From assembly GCF_009914755.1 (NCBI RefSeq), contig NC_060937.1: a stretch of 64,000 nucleotides of DNA; one strand, written 5' to 3'. Source of the DNA: the human T2T-CHM13v2.0 reference genome, Homo sapiens. This document shows, piece after piece, positions 30,801 through 54,716 of this stretch. The stretch's first letter is position 1. Each line of letters opens with the position of its first letter. A model generated the notes under the pieces. The model had not been told where the DNA came from, did no database searches, and saw nothing but the letters and a program-made list of their open reading frames with translations. A program made the position numbers and the translations under genes.

Positions 30801-33800
30801 TCTTGTCTAGGCTCTGCCTATGGGGGCATTGTGAGTTATCTCTGCACTGATCACACAGGAGATGTGACTCTTGTCTAAGCTCTGCGTAGAGGGGCATTGG
30901 GACATATCTCTGCACTGATCGCTGAGGTGATGTAAAACTTGTCTAGGCTTTGCCTACAGTGAGATTTATGACATATCTCTACACTGATCACCCAGCTGAT
31001 GTAACTCTTGTCTATGCTTTGCTTACAGGGGGTATTGTGAGATATATCTGCACTGATCACCCAGGTGATGTAACTCTTCTCTAGCCTCTGCCTACAGGGT
31101 TATTTTAACATATCACTGCACTGATCACCGAGATGATGTAACTGTTTTATAGGTTTCGCCGAGAGGGGGCATTGAGACATATCTCTGCACTGACCACCGA
31201 GGTGATGTAACTCTTCTCTGGGATCTGCTTACAGGGGGCATTGTGACATATATCTGCCCTGATAACCCAGGTTATGTAACTCTTGTCTAGGCTGTGCCTA
31301 CTGGAGACATTGTGACATATCTCCCCACTGATCACCAAGGTGTTGTCACTTTTGTCAAGGATATGGCTACAGGGACATTGTGACATGACACTGCACTGAT
31401 CACACAGCTGATATAACACTTATCTAGGCTCTGGCTACAGGGGGCTTGTGACACATCTCTGCACTGATCACCCAGGTGATGTAACCCTTGTCTAGGTTCT
31501 GCCAAAAGGGGTCATTTTGACATAACACTGCACTGATCACCCAGGTGATGGGACTCTTTTCTAGGCTCTGCCTACAGGGGCACTGTGACATGTCTCTGCA
31601 GTGATTACGCAGGTGATGTAACTCTTGTATAGGCTACACCGACAGGGGGCATTGAGACAAATCTCTGCACTGATCACCGAGGTGATGCCACTCTTGTCTG
31701 GGATCTTCTTACAGGGGGCATTGTGACTTATCTCTGCCTTGATCACCCAGGTGATGTAACTCTTGTCTAGGCTCTGCCTATTGGAGACATTGTGACATAT
31801 CTCCGCACTGATCACCCAGGTGATGTCACTTTTGTCAAGGATATGGCTACAGGGACATTGTGACATGTCACTGCTCTGATCACACAGCTGATGTAACTCT
31901 TGTCTAGGCTCTGGCTACAGGGGGCTTGTGACACATCTATGCACTGATCACCCAGGTGATGTAACCATTTTCTAGGCTCTGCCAAAAGGGGGCATTGTGA
32001 CATAACTCTGCACTGATCACCCAGGTGATGGTACTCCTGTCTAGGATCTGCCTACAGGGGCATTGTGACATATCTCTGCAGTGATCGCGCAGGTGAGGTA
32101 ACTATTGTCTACATCTGCCTACTGGCGGCATTGTGGCATATTTCTGCACTGATCACCCAGGTGATGGACTCTTGTCTTGGATCTGCCTATGGGGGCATAA
32201 TGACATATCTCTGCACTGATCACTCATGTGATGTAACGCTTGTCTAAGCTGCGCCTAAAGGGGAATTGTGACAGATATCTCCACTGATCACCCAGGTGAT
32301 GTAACAATATTCTGGGATTTGTCTACAGGGGGCTTTCTGACATATATTTGCACTGATCACCTAGGAGATTTAACATTTGTCTAGGCTCGGCCTACAGGGG
32401 CTTTGTGACATATTTCTGCACTGATCACCCAGGTGATGTAACACTTGTCTAGGCTCCGCCTACAGGGGGTTGGTGACATATCTCTGCACTTATCACCCAG
32501 GTGATGTAACTCTTGTCTAGGCTCCACCTACAGGGGGTATTGTGACGTATCTCTGCACTGATCATCCAGGTGTTGTATCATTTATCTAGGCTCAGCCTAC
32601 AGGGGCGTTTTGACATAGCTCTGCACAGATCACCTAGGTTATGTAACTCTTGTCCACTCTCTGCCTACAGGGGGCATTGTGAAATATCTCTGCACTGATC
32701 ACCCAGGTGATGGGACTTTTCTCTATACTCTGCCTAGAGGGGGATTTGTGATATACCTCTGCACTGATCACCCAGGTGATGGAAGTCTTGTCTAGGCTCT
32801 GTCTTCAGGGATTTTTGTGACATATCACTGCACTGATCACCTAGGTGATGTAAGCCTTGTATAGGCTTTGCCTACAGAAGGCTTTGTGACATATCTAAGC
32901 AGTGATCTTTAAGGTGATGCAACTCTTGTCTAGGCACTGCCTACAGGGGACATTTGTACATATCTCTGCACTGATCACCCAGGTGTGGACTCTTGTCTTA
33001 GATCTGCCTACATGGACATTGTGACACATCTCTGAACTGATCAACCAAGTGATGAATCTCTTGTCTAGGCTCTGCCTACAGGGGCTTTGTGAAACATCTC
33101 TACACTGATCACCCTGAGGATGGAACTCTTGTCTACGCTCTGCCTAGAGGAGGCTTTATGACTTATACCTGCCCTGAAAACCTAGGTTATGTAACACTTG
33201 TCTAGGATCTGCCTACACGGGAATTCTCACATATCTCTTCACTGATCACCCGGCTCATGTAACTCCTGTCTAGGTTCAGCCTACAGGAGCGTTTTGACAT
33301 ATCTCTGCACTGATCACCCAAGTGATGTAACCCTTTTCTAAGCACTGCCTACAGGGGCATTGTGACAGATCTCTCCACTGCTCACCCAGGTGATGTAACA
33401 ATTGTCTGGGCTTTGCCTACAGGGGGCTTTGTGATATACATTTCCACTGATCAAACAGGTGATGTAACACTTGTCAAGGTTCTGCTTGCAGGGGTTTGTG
33501 ACATATCTGTGCACAGATCACCCCAGGGAGGAAAGACTTGTCTACACTCTGCCTACAGGAGGCTTTATGACTTATCCCTGCAATGATCACTAGGTGATGT
33601 AACACTTGTCTAGGCTCTGTCTATATGGGAATTTTCACATATCTCTACACTGATCACCTAAGTGATGTAACCCTTGTCTAGGTTCAGCCTACTGGGGATT
33701 TCTGACATACCTATGCACTGATCACCGTGGTGATGTATATCATTTCCAGGTTTTTTGTACTGGGGACATTGTGATATATCTCTGAACTGATCACCCAAAT

Positions 33801-33898
33801 GTTGCAAATCTCTAGGCTCTGCAGGGAGGGGGCATTGTGACATATTTCTGAACTGATCATCCAGGAGATGTAACTATTCTGCAGGCTTTGACTAAAGA
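27833..33898 (-). repeat. Beta satellite spacer (6.1 kb)
   Basis: 68-bp monomers with internal ~137-bp and ~480-bp duplications. Confidence 0.95.
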
Positions 33899-36592
<2,694 letters not shown>

Positions 36593-39500
36593 TGACACAT
36601 CTCTGAACTGATCAACAAAGGGATACACCACTTGTCTAGGCTCTGCCTTCAGGGGCTTTGTGACATATCCCTGCACTGATCACCCAGGTGATGGGACTTT
36701 TGTCTAGGCTCTGCCTATGGGGGCATGGTGACATATCTCTACACTGATCACCTAGGTGATGTAACTCTTGTGTTGGATCTGCCTATGGGGGCATTGTGAC
36801 ATATTTCTGCACTCATCTCCCAGGTGATGGGACTCTTATCTAGGCTCTGTGTGTGGGGGCTTTGTGACATATCTCTGCACTGATCACCCAGGTGATGTTA
36901 CGTTTGACTAGTCTCTGCCTACGGGGCATAGTGACATATCACTGCATTGATCACCCAGGTGATGTAACTCTTGTCCAGGCTCTGCCTATAGGGGGCCTTG
37001 TGACATATCTCTGCACTGATCATCTAGGTGATATAACACTTGCTTACGCTCTGCCTGCAGGGGCATTGTGAAATATCTCTGCACTGATCACCCAGGTGAT
37101 GGGACTGTTTTCTAGGCTCTGCCTACTGGGGGCATTGTCACATATTACTGCACTGATCATCCAGGTGACGGAGTCTTGTTTTGGATTTGCCTATGGGGAC
37201 ATTGTGACATATATCTGCACTGATCACCCAGGTGATGTAACACTGGTCTGAGCTCTGCCTAAAGGGGCTTTGTGACAGATCTCTGCACTGATCACTCAGG
37301 TGATGTAACTATTGTCTAGGCTCTGCTTAAAGGGGCCTTGTCACATATCTCTGCACTGATCACCCAGGTGATGTAACTCTTGTCTAGGCTCTGCTTACAG
37401 GGGGTATTGTGACATATCTCTGCACTGATCACCTAAGTGATGTAACACTTGTGTAGGCTCTGTCTACAGGGGCATTTTGACATATCTCTGCACTGCTAAC
37501 CGAGGTGATGTAACTCTTGTGTAGGCTGTACCCACAGGGGGATTGAGACATATCTCTGCACTGATCCCGAGGTGATCCAAGTCTTGCCTGGTCTCTGCCT
37601 ACTGGGGACATTGTGACATATCTCTGCACTGATCTCCCAGGTGCTGTAACTTTAGTCCAGGCTCTGGTTACAAGGCATTGTGACATATCTCTGGACTGAT
37701 CACCCAGGTGATATAACTCTTCTCTAGGATCTGCCTACAGGGTGCTTTGTGACATATCCCTGCAATGATCACCCAGGTGATATACCACTTGTCAAGTCTC
37801 TGCCTACAGGTTCATTGCGATGTATTTCTGCACTGATCACCTACTTCATGTAAACCTTGTCTAGGCTCTGCCTACAGTGTCATTTAGACATATCTCTGCA
37901 CTAATCACGCAGGTGATGTAACTGTTTTCTAGGATCTGCCTACAGAGTGCTTTGTGATACATCCGTGCAATGATCACCCAGGTGATGTACCACTTGTCAA
38001 GCCTCTGCCTACAGGGACATTGCGATGTATCTCTTCACAGATCACCTAGGTCATGTAACTCTTGTCAAGGATCTGCCAACAGTGGCATTGTGGAATATCT
38101 CTACACTGTTCATCCAAGTGATATAACCCTTGTCTAGGATCTGCCTAAAGGGACTTTGTGACATAACTCTGCCCTGATCATTCAGGTGATGGGGCTTTTT
38201 TCTAGGCTCTGCCTAAGGGGGCATTGTGACATATTTTTGCACTGATCACCCAGGTCACGGACTCTTGTCTTGGATCTGCCTATGGGGGCATTGGGACATA
38301 TCTCTGTACTGATCACCCAGGTGATGTAACTGTTGTATAAGCTCTGCCTACAGGGGAATTGTGAGAGATCTCGCCACTGATCACCCAAGTGATGTAACGA
38401 TAGTCTAGGCTTTGCCTACAGGGGCCTTTGTGACATACCTTTGCACTGATCACCCAGGTGATGTAACTCATCTAAGTTCTGCCTACAGGACCTATGTGAC
38501 ATATCTCTGCACTGATCACTTAGGTGATGTAACACTTTTATAAGCATTGCCTACAGGGAAATTTGACAAATCTCTGCACTGATCACCCAGGTGATGTAAC
38601 TCATCTAAGTTCTGCCTACAGGAGCTATGTGACATATCTCTGCACTGATCACTTAGGTGATGTAACACTTTTATATGCACTGCCTAAAGGGTATTTTGAC
38701 AAATCTCTGCACTGATCACCTACGTGATGTAACTTTTGTCTACCATCTGCCCAAAGGGGGCATTGTGAAATATCTCTGCACTGATCACCCAGGTGATTCA
38801 ACTCTTGTCTAGGATCTGCCTACAGGGGGTATTGTGAAATATCTCTGCACTGATCAACTAGGTGATGTAACTCTTGTCTAGACTCTGCCTACAGGGCCGT
38901 TTTCACATGTCCCTGAACTGATGACAAAGATGATGTAACTCTTGCCTAGGCTTTGCCTACAGGGGATATTGTGACATATCTCTGCACTGATCACCCAGGT
39001 GATGCAACTCTTCTCTATGCTCTGCCTACAGGGGACATTGTGACTTTTCTCTGCACTGATCACCCATGTGATGCAACTCTTCTCTATGCTCTGCCTACAG
39101 GGGTCATTGTGACATATCTCTGCACTGATCACCCAGGTGATGTAACTCTTTTCTAGTCTCTGCCTACAGAGGGCGTTGTGACATCACTATGCACGGATCA
39201 TCCGGGTTATGTAACACTTGTCTAGGCTCTGCCAATGGGGTCATTGTGACATATCTCTGCAGTGATCACCCAGGAGATGGGACTCTTGTCTAGGCTCTGC
39301 CTACAGGAGCATTGTGACATATCTCTGCAGTGATCACGCAGGTGATGTAACTCTTTTCTATATCTGCCTACTGGTGGCATTGTGGCAGATTTCTGCACTG
39401 ATTACCCAGGTGATGGACTCTTGTCTTGGATCTGCCTATGGGGGCATAGTGACATATCTCTGCACTGATCACTCATGTGATGTAACGCTTGTCTTAGCTG

Positions 39501-41151
39501 CGCCTAAAGGGGAATTGTGACAGATAACTCCACTGATCACCCAGGTGATGTAACAATTTTCTGGGATTTTTCTACAGGCGGCTTTGTGACATATCTTTGC
39601 TCTGATCACCCAGGAGATGTAACTCTTGTCTAGGCTCGGCCTACAGGGGCTTTCTGACATATTTCTGCACTGATCACCCAGGTGATGTAACTCCTGTTTA
39701 GGCTCTGCCTACAGGGGGTATTGTGACGTATCTCTTCACTGATCACCCAGGTGATGTAACTCTTCTCTAGGCTCCACCTACAGGGGGTATTGTGACGTAT
39801 CTCTGCACTGATCACCCAGGTGATGTAACATTTATCTAGGCTCTGCCTACAGGGGCGTTATGACATAGTTCTGCACAGATCACCTAGGTTATGTAACTCT
39901 TGTCCACACTCTGCCTACAGGGGGCATTGTGAAATATCTCTTCACTGATCACCCAGGTGATGGAAGTCTTGTCTAGGCTCTGTCTATGGGGGCATTGTGT
40001 CCAATATCTGCACTGATCACCCAGGTGATGCAACTCTTGTCTAGGCTCTGTCTACAGGGATTGGTGTGACATATCACTACACTGATCACCTAGGAGATGT
40101 AAACCTTGTATGGGCTCTTCCTACAGAAGGCTTTGTGACATATCTATGCACTGACCTCTGAGGTGATGCAACTCTTGTCTAGGCACTGCCTACAGGGGAT
40201 ATTGGTACATATCTCTGCACTGATCACCCAAGTGATGGGCTCTTGTCTTAGACCTGCCTACATGGACATTTTGACACCTCTCTGAACTGATCTACCAAGT
40301 GATGAAACTGTTGTCTGGGCTCTCCCTACAGGGGCTTTGTGACACATCTCTGCACTGATCACCCTGGGGAGGGAACTCTTGTCTACATTCTGCCTATAGG
40401 AGGCTTTATGTCTTATACCTGCAATGATAACCTAGTTGATGCCACCCTTGTCTAGACTCTGCCTACACGGGAATTCTCACATATCTCTGCACTGATCACC
40501 CAGGTGATGTAACTCCTGTCTAGGTTCAGCTTACAGGAGTGTTTTGACATATCTCTGCACTGATCACCCAGGTGATGTAACCCTTGTCTAAGCTCTGCCT
40601 ACAGGGCATTGTGACAGATCTCTCCACTGCTCACCCAGGTGATGTAACAATTGTCTGGGCTTTGCCTACAGGGGGCTTTGTGACATACGTTTCCACTGAT
40701 CAAACAGGTGATGTATCCCTTCTCTAGGTACAGCTTACAGGGGCTTTGTGACATATCTCTGCACTGATCAACCCTGGGAGGAAACAGTTGTCTACACTCT
40801 GCGTACGGGAGGCTTTGCGACTTATCTCTGCACTGATCATTAGGTGATGTAACACTTGTCTAGGCTCTGTCTACACGGGAATATTCACATATCTCTACAC
40901 TCATCACCTAAGTGAAGTAAAACTTGTCTAGGTTCAGCCTACTGGGGATTTCTGACATATCTATGCACTGATCTCCGAGGTGATGTAAATCATTTCCAGG
41001 CTTTTTGTACGGGGGACATTGTGATATATCTCTGCACTGATCACCCAAATGATGCAAATCTTCTCTAGGCTCTGCAGGGAGGGGGCATTGTGACATATTT
41101 CTGAAACGATCATCCAGGAGATGGAACTATTCTCCAGGCTTTGACTAAAGA
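36593..41151 (-). repeat. Beta satellite spacer (4.6 kb)
   Basis: 68-bp monomers. Confidence 0.95.
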
Positions 41152-43879
<2,728 letters not shown>

Positions 43880-46800
43880 TGACACATCTCTGAACTGATC
43901 AAAAAACTGACGTAACACTTGTCTAGGCTGTTCCTGCAGGGGCTTTGTGACATATCTCTGCACTGATCACCCAGGTGATGGGACTTTTGTCTAGGCTCTG
44001 CCTATGGGGGCATTGTGACATATGTCTACACTGATCCCCCAGGTGATGTAACACTTGTGTTGGATCTGCCTATGTGGGCATTGTGACATATTTCTGCAGT
44101 GATCACCCTGGTGATGGGACACTTGTCTAGGCTCTGTGTATGGGGGCTTTGTGACATATCTCTGCACTGATCACCCAGGTGATGTAACACTTGACTAGGC
44201 TTTGCCTACGTGGCATAGTGACATATAACTGTATTAATCACAGAGGTGATGTAACTCTTGTCCAGGCTCTGCCTATAGGGCCCCTTGTGACATATCTCTG
44301 CACTGATCATCTAAGCGATGTAACTCTTTCTTACGCTCTGCCTGCAGGGGCATTGTGAAATATCTCTGCACTGATCACCCAGGTGATGTAACTCATCTAA
44401 GTTCTGCCTACAGGAGCTTTGTGATATATCTCTGCACTGATCACTTAGGTGATGTAACACTTTTATAAGCACTGCCTACAGGGAATTTTGACAAATCTCT
44501 GCACTGATCACCTAGGTGATGAAACTCTTGTCTACCCTCTGCCCAAAGGGGGCATCGGGAAATATCTCTGCACTGATCACCCAGGTGATTCAACTCTTGT
44601 CTAGGATCTGCCTACAGGGGGTATTGTGAAATATCTCTGCACTGATCAACTATGTGATGTAACTCTTGTCTAGGCTGTGCCTACAGTGGCGTTTTCACAT
44701 ATCCCTGAACCGATGACAAAGGTGATGTAACCCTTGCCTAGGCTTTGCCTACAGGGGACATTGTGACATATCTCTGCACTGATCACCCAGGTGATGCAAC
44801 TCTTCTCTATGCTCTGCCTACAGGGGACATTGTGACATATCTCTGCACTGATCACCCAGGTGATGCAACTCTTCTCTATACTCTGCCTACAGGGGGCATT
44901 GTGACATATCTCTGCACTGATCACCCAGGTGATGTAACTCCTTTCTACTCTCTGCCTACAGAGAGCGTTGTGACATCACTCTGCACGGATCACCAGGATT
45001 ATGTAACTCTTGTTTAGGCTCTGCCTATGGGGGCATTGTGATTTATCTCTGCACTGATCACCCAGGAGATGTGACTCTTGTCTAAGCTCTGCCTAGAGTG
45101 ACATTGGGACATATCTCTGCACTGATTGCTGAGGTGATGTAAAACTTGTCTAGGCTTTGCCTACAGTGGAATTTATGACATATCTCTGCACTGATCACCC
45201 AGGTGATGTAACTCTTGTCTAGGCTCTGCTTACAGGGGGTATTGTGAGATATCGCTGCACTGAACACCCAGGTGATGGAACAATTGTCTAGGCTCTGCCT
45301 ACAGGGGCATTTTAACATATCACTGCACTGATCAACGAGATGATGTAACTCTTGTATAGGCTTCGCTGACAGGGGGCATTGAGATATATGTCTGCACTGA
45401 TCACCGAGGTGATGCAACTCTTGTCTGGGATCTGCTTACAGGGGGCATTGTGACATATCTCTGCCCTGATCACCCCGGTGATGTAACTTATGTCTAGGCT
45501 CTGTCTGCTGGAGACATTGTGACATATCTCCCCACTGATCACCCAGGTGATGTCACTTTTTTCAAGGATATGGCTACAGGGACATTGTGACATGTCACTT
45601 CACTGATCACACAGCTGATGTAACTCTTGTCTAGGCTCTGGCTACAGGGGGCTTGTGACACATCTCTGCACTGATCACCGAGGTGATGTAACCCTTGTCT
45701 AGGCTCTGCCAAAAGGGGGCATTGTGACACAACTCTGCACTGATCACCCAGGTGATGGGACCCTTGTCTAGGCTCTGCTTACAGGGGCATTGTGACATAT
45801 CTCTGCAGTGATCACGCAGGTGATGTAACTCTTGTCTATATCTGCCTACTGGTGGTATTATGTCATCTTTCTGCACTGATCACCCAGGTGATGGACTCTT
45901 GTCTTGGATCTGCCTACGGGGGCATAGTGACATATCCCTGCACTGATCACTCATGTGATGTAACGCTTGTCTAATCTGCACCTAAAGGGGAATTTTGACA
46001 CATATCTCCACTGATCACCCAGGTGATGTAACAATTTTCTCGGATTTTTCTACTGGGGGCTTTGTGACATATCTTTGCACTGATCACTCAGGAGATGTAA
46101 CTCTTGTCTAGGCTCGGCCTACATGGGCTTTGTGACATATTTCTGCACTGATCACCCAGGTGATGTAACTCTTGTCTAGGCTCCACCTACGGGGGTATTG
46201 TGACGTATCTCAGCAAGGATCACCCAGGTGATGTAACATTTATCTAGGCTCTGCCTACAAGGGCGTTTTGACATAGCTCTGTACAGATCACCCAGGTTAT
46301 GTAACTCTTGTCCACTCTCTGCCTACAGGGGGCATTGTGAAATATCTCTGCACTGATCAACTAGGTGATGTAACTCTTGTCTAGGCTCTGCCTACAAGGG
46401 AGTTTTCACATATCTCTAAACTGATGACAAAGGTGTTGTAAGTCTTGCCTAGGCTTTGCCTACAGGAGACATTGCAACATGTCTCTGCACTGATCACCCA
46501 GGTGATGCAACTCTTCTCTATGCTCTGTCTACAGGGGACATTGTGACATATCTCTGAACTGATCACCCAGGTGATGCAACTCTTTTCTAGTCTCTGCCTA
46601 CGGAGGGCGTTCTGATATCACTCTGCACGGATAACCGTGGTTATATTACTCTTGTCTAGGCTCTTCCTATGGGGGCATTGTGACTTATCTCTGCACTGAT
46701 CACCTAGGAGATGTGACTCTTGTCTAAGCTCTGCCTAGAGAGACATTGGGACATATCTCTGCACTGATCGCTGAGGTGATGTAAAACTTGTCTAGGCTTT

Positions 46801-48930
46801 GCCTACAGTGGGATTTATGACATATCTCTGCACTGATCACCCAGGTGATGTAACTCTTGTCTAGGCTCTGCTTACGGGGGTATTGTGTGATATCTCTGAA
46901 CTGATCACCCAGGTGATGTAACTCTTGTCTAGGCTGTGCCTGCAGGGGCATTTTCACGTATCACTGCGCTGATCACTGAGATGATGTAACTCTTGTATAG
47001 GCTTTGCCGACACGGGGCATTGAGACATATCTCTGCACTAATCACCGAATTGATGCAACTCTTGTCTCGGATCTGCTTACAGGGGGCATTGTGACATAAC
47101 TCTGCCCTGATCACCCAGGTGATGTAACTCTTGTCTAGGCTCTGCCTACTGGAGACATTCTGACATATCTCTGCACTGATCACCCAGGTGATGTCACATT
47201 TTTCAAGGATATGGCCAGAGGGACATTATGACTTGTCACTGCACTGATCACACAGCTGATGTAACTCTTGTCTAGGCTCTGGGTACAGGGGACTTGTGAC
47301 ACATCTCTGCACTGATCCCCCAGGAGTTGTAACTCTTGTCTAAGCTCGGCCTACAGGTAATTTGTGACATATTTCTGCACTGATCACCCAGGTGATTTAA
47401 CTCTTGTTTAGGCTCTGCCTACAGGGGCTTTGTGACATATCTCTGCACTGATCACCCAGGTGATGTAATTCTTGTCTAGGCTCCACCTACAGGGTGTATT
47501 GTGACGTATGTCTGCACTTATCACCCAGGTGATGTAACATTTATCTAGGCTCTGCCTAAAGTGGCGTTTTGACATAGCTCTGCACAGATCACCTAGCTTA
47601 TGTAGGTCTTGTCCACTCTCTGCCTGCAGGGGGCATTGTGAAATACCTCTGCACTGATCACCCAGGTGTTGGGGCTCTTCTCTATACTCTGCCTAGAGGG
47701 GGATTCGTGACATATCTCTGCACTAATCACCAAGGTGATGGAAGTCTTGTCTAGGCTCTGTCTATGGGGGCATTGTGTCAAATATCTGCACTGATCACCC
47801 AGGTGATGTAACTCTTTCGTAGGCTCTGTCTACAGGGATTTTTGTGACATATCACTGCACTGATCACCTAGGTGATGTAAGCCTTTTATGGGCTTTGCCT
47901 ACAGAAGGCTTTGTGACATATCTATGCACTCATCTCTGAGGTGATTCATCTCTTGTCTAGGCACTGCCTACAGGGGTCATTGGTACATATCTCTGCACTG
48001 ATCACCGAGGTGATGGATTCTTTTCTTGGATCTGCCTACATGGATATTGTGACACATCTCTGAACTGATCAACCAAGTAATGAAACTCTTGTCTAGGCTC
48101 TGCCTACAGGGGCTTTGTGACACATCTCTGCACTGATCACCCTGGGGAGGGAACTCTTTTCTATGCTCTGTCTTCAGGAGTCTTTACGACTTATACCTGC
48201 ACTGATAACCTAGGTGATGTAACACTTGTCTAGAGTCTGCCTACACGGGTATTCTCAAATATCTCTGCACTGATCACCCGGGTGATGTAACTCCTCTCTA
48301 GGTTCAGACTACAGGAGCGTTTTGACATATCTCTGCACTGATCACCCAGGTGATGTAACCCTTGTCTAAGCTCTGCCTACAGGGGCATTGTGACAGATCT
48401 CTCCACTGCTCACCCAGGTGATGTAACAATTGTCTGGTCTTTGCCTACAGGGGGCTTTGTGATATACATTTCCACTGATCAAACATGTGATGTAACCCTT
48501 GTCAAGGTTCTGCTTACAGGGGCTTTGTGACATATCTCTGCACTGATCACCCCAGGGAGAAAACACTTTTATTCACTCCGCCTACAGGAGGCTTTACGAC
48601 TTCTCCCTGCACTGATCACTAGGTGATGGAACACTTGTCTAGTATCTGTCTACACGGGAATTTTCACATATCTCTCCACTGATCACCTAAGTGATGTAAC
48701 CCTTGTCTAGGTTCAGCCTACTGGGGATTTCTGACATACGTATGGACTGATCACCGAGGTGATGTAAATCATTTCCAGGCTTTTTGCACAGGGGACATTG
48801 TGATATATCTCTGCACTGATCACCCAAATGATGCAAATTTTCTCTAGACTCCGCAGGGGGGAGCATTGTGACATATTTCTTAACTGATCATCCAGGAAGA
48901 TGTAACTATTCTCCAGGCTTTTACTAAAGA
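43880..48930 (-). repeat. Beta satellite spacer (5.05 kb)
   Basis: 68-bp monomers. Confidence 0.95.
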
Positions 48931-49631
48931 GCATCGGAAGGTGTTGGGAGATCCTCAGCCGGAATTTCTCGGACGGACAAGGGCACAGAGAGGCCAGCGG
49001 GCTCCCTTGCACGTCAGCTGGTGTGCGCAGTGAGCGCAGGTCTAGCCAGGAGGCCGGCAAAGACAGCTAGAGGTCGGCGTTCCGCCATCAGGTGCTCCAT
49101 GCTGGCAGCTGGGACGCTGCAGGGGCATGGGCGGGCCGGCGACGGTAGCACGGAGGCGCAGAGGAGGCGAGCCGCCAGAGTGGAGTGAGGCCTGGACACT
49201 GCGCGGGCCGGTGTTTCACGGCACGGGGGTCTCCACCTCGCCCAGGGGAGGACGCATTTCCCCGGGGTGGGGAGTGGGGGTGGGGAGGTGATGGTCAGGC
49301 GGGTGTGGGGTTGTGGAAAAGCTCCATATCTCTGCCCGGGCTGCTCCCACAGCCCAGGCGGCTGCCCGCAAACCCGCATGTGTGCAGTAGGCGGCACACC
49401 TGCTGGTACCTGGGCCGGCTCTGGGATCCCCGGGATGCCCAGGAAAGAATGGCAGTTCTCCGCTGTGTGGAGTTTCTCACCGGGCCTAGACCTAGAAGGC
49501 AGGAATCCCAGGCCCGTCAGCCCAGTGCAGGGGGCGTGGGGAAGACATGCCCCTCCATAGCCAGCCAGGTGTTCCCCACGAAAGAGAGGCCACCGCCCTG
49601 CACCGACCCGACCACGTCCCAACCTCGCATC

Positions 49632-50990
<1,359 letters not shown>

Positions 50991-51595
50991 AAGGACAGCC
51001 CGCCCCACACCGGAAGGGTCCCAGGGCGTCGAGGCCTGTGGCCGGGTGGAGGTGGGGTGGGGGGGGAGGGTGTGGTGATGGCGGTGGTGGGGCCGGAGAC
51101 ACTAAGAGGAAGGGGGCGAGGGGGAAGGGGTGAGGGGAGCTTGTTTCCGGGGCTGGCTCTCTGGACCTTTTCAGGAATCCGGCGGGAACTGGAAGCCGCT
51201 CTCTGGGCTCCCACACATCTTCAGCAGGGAGAAGCCGGCCTGGGAGGGTGGAGGGGAGTGTGGAACTGAACCTCCGTGGGAGTCTGGAGTGATCCAAGCC
51301 CTCTCTCCCTGAAGGAGGCAGTGCCTGTGGGTGTCACCATTGCCGGGACAGTCTCACACAGGCAGGTGTGTGGCTCTCGTTCATTTCCACATAGGAGACC
51401 AGAGCGAGACCCCAGAGAGAAGATGCCTCCCCAGCATCATGGCCTGACAATGGATTCTCGTGTGCGGCAACATGGGGAGTCTGCAGTGTGGCAGGTTTGG
51501 AAACCGGCAAGGAGAGCGAAGGCACCATGCCGGTCTTCAACCCTTCCCTGCATGTTTCCGTGTGCCCGCAGAGCTCCGGGTGCACAAAGTCAGCA

Positions 51596-54716
<3,121 letters not shown>

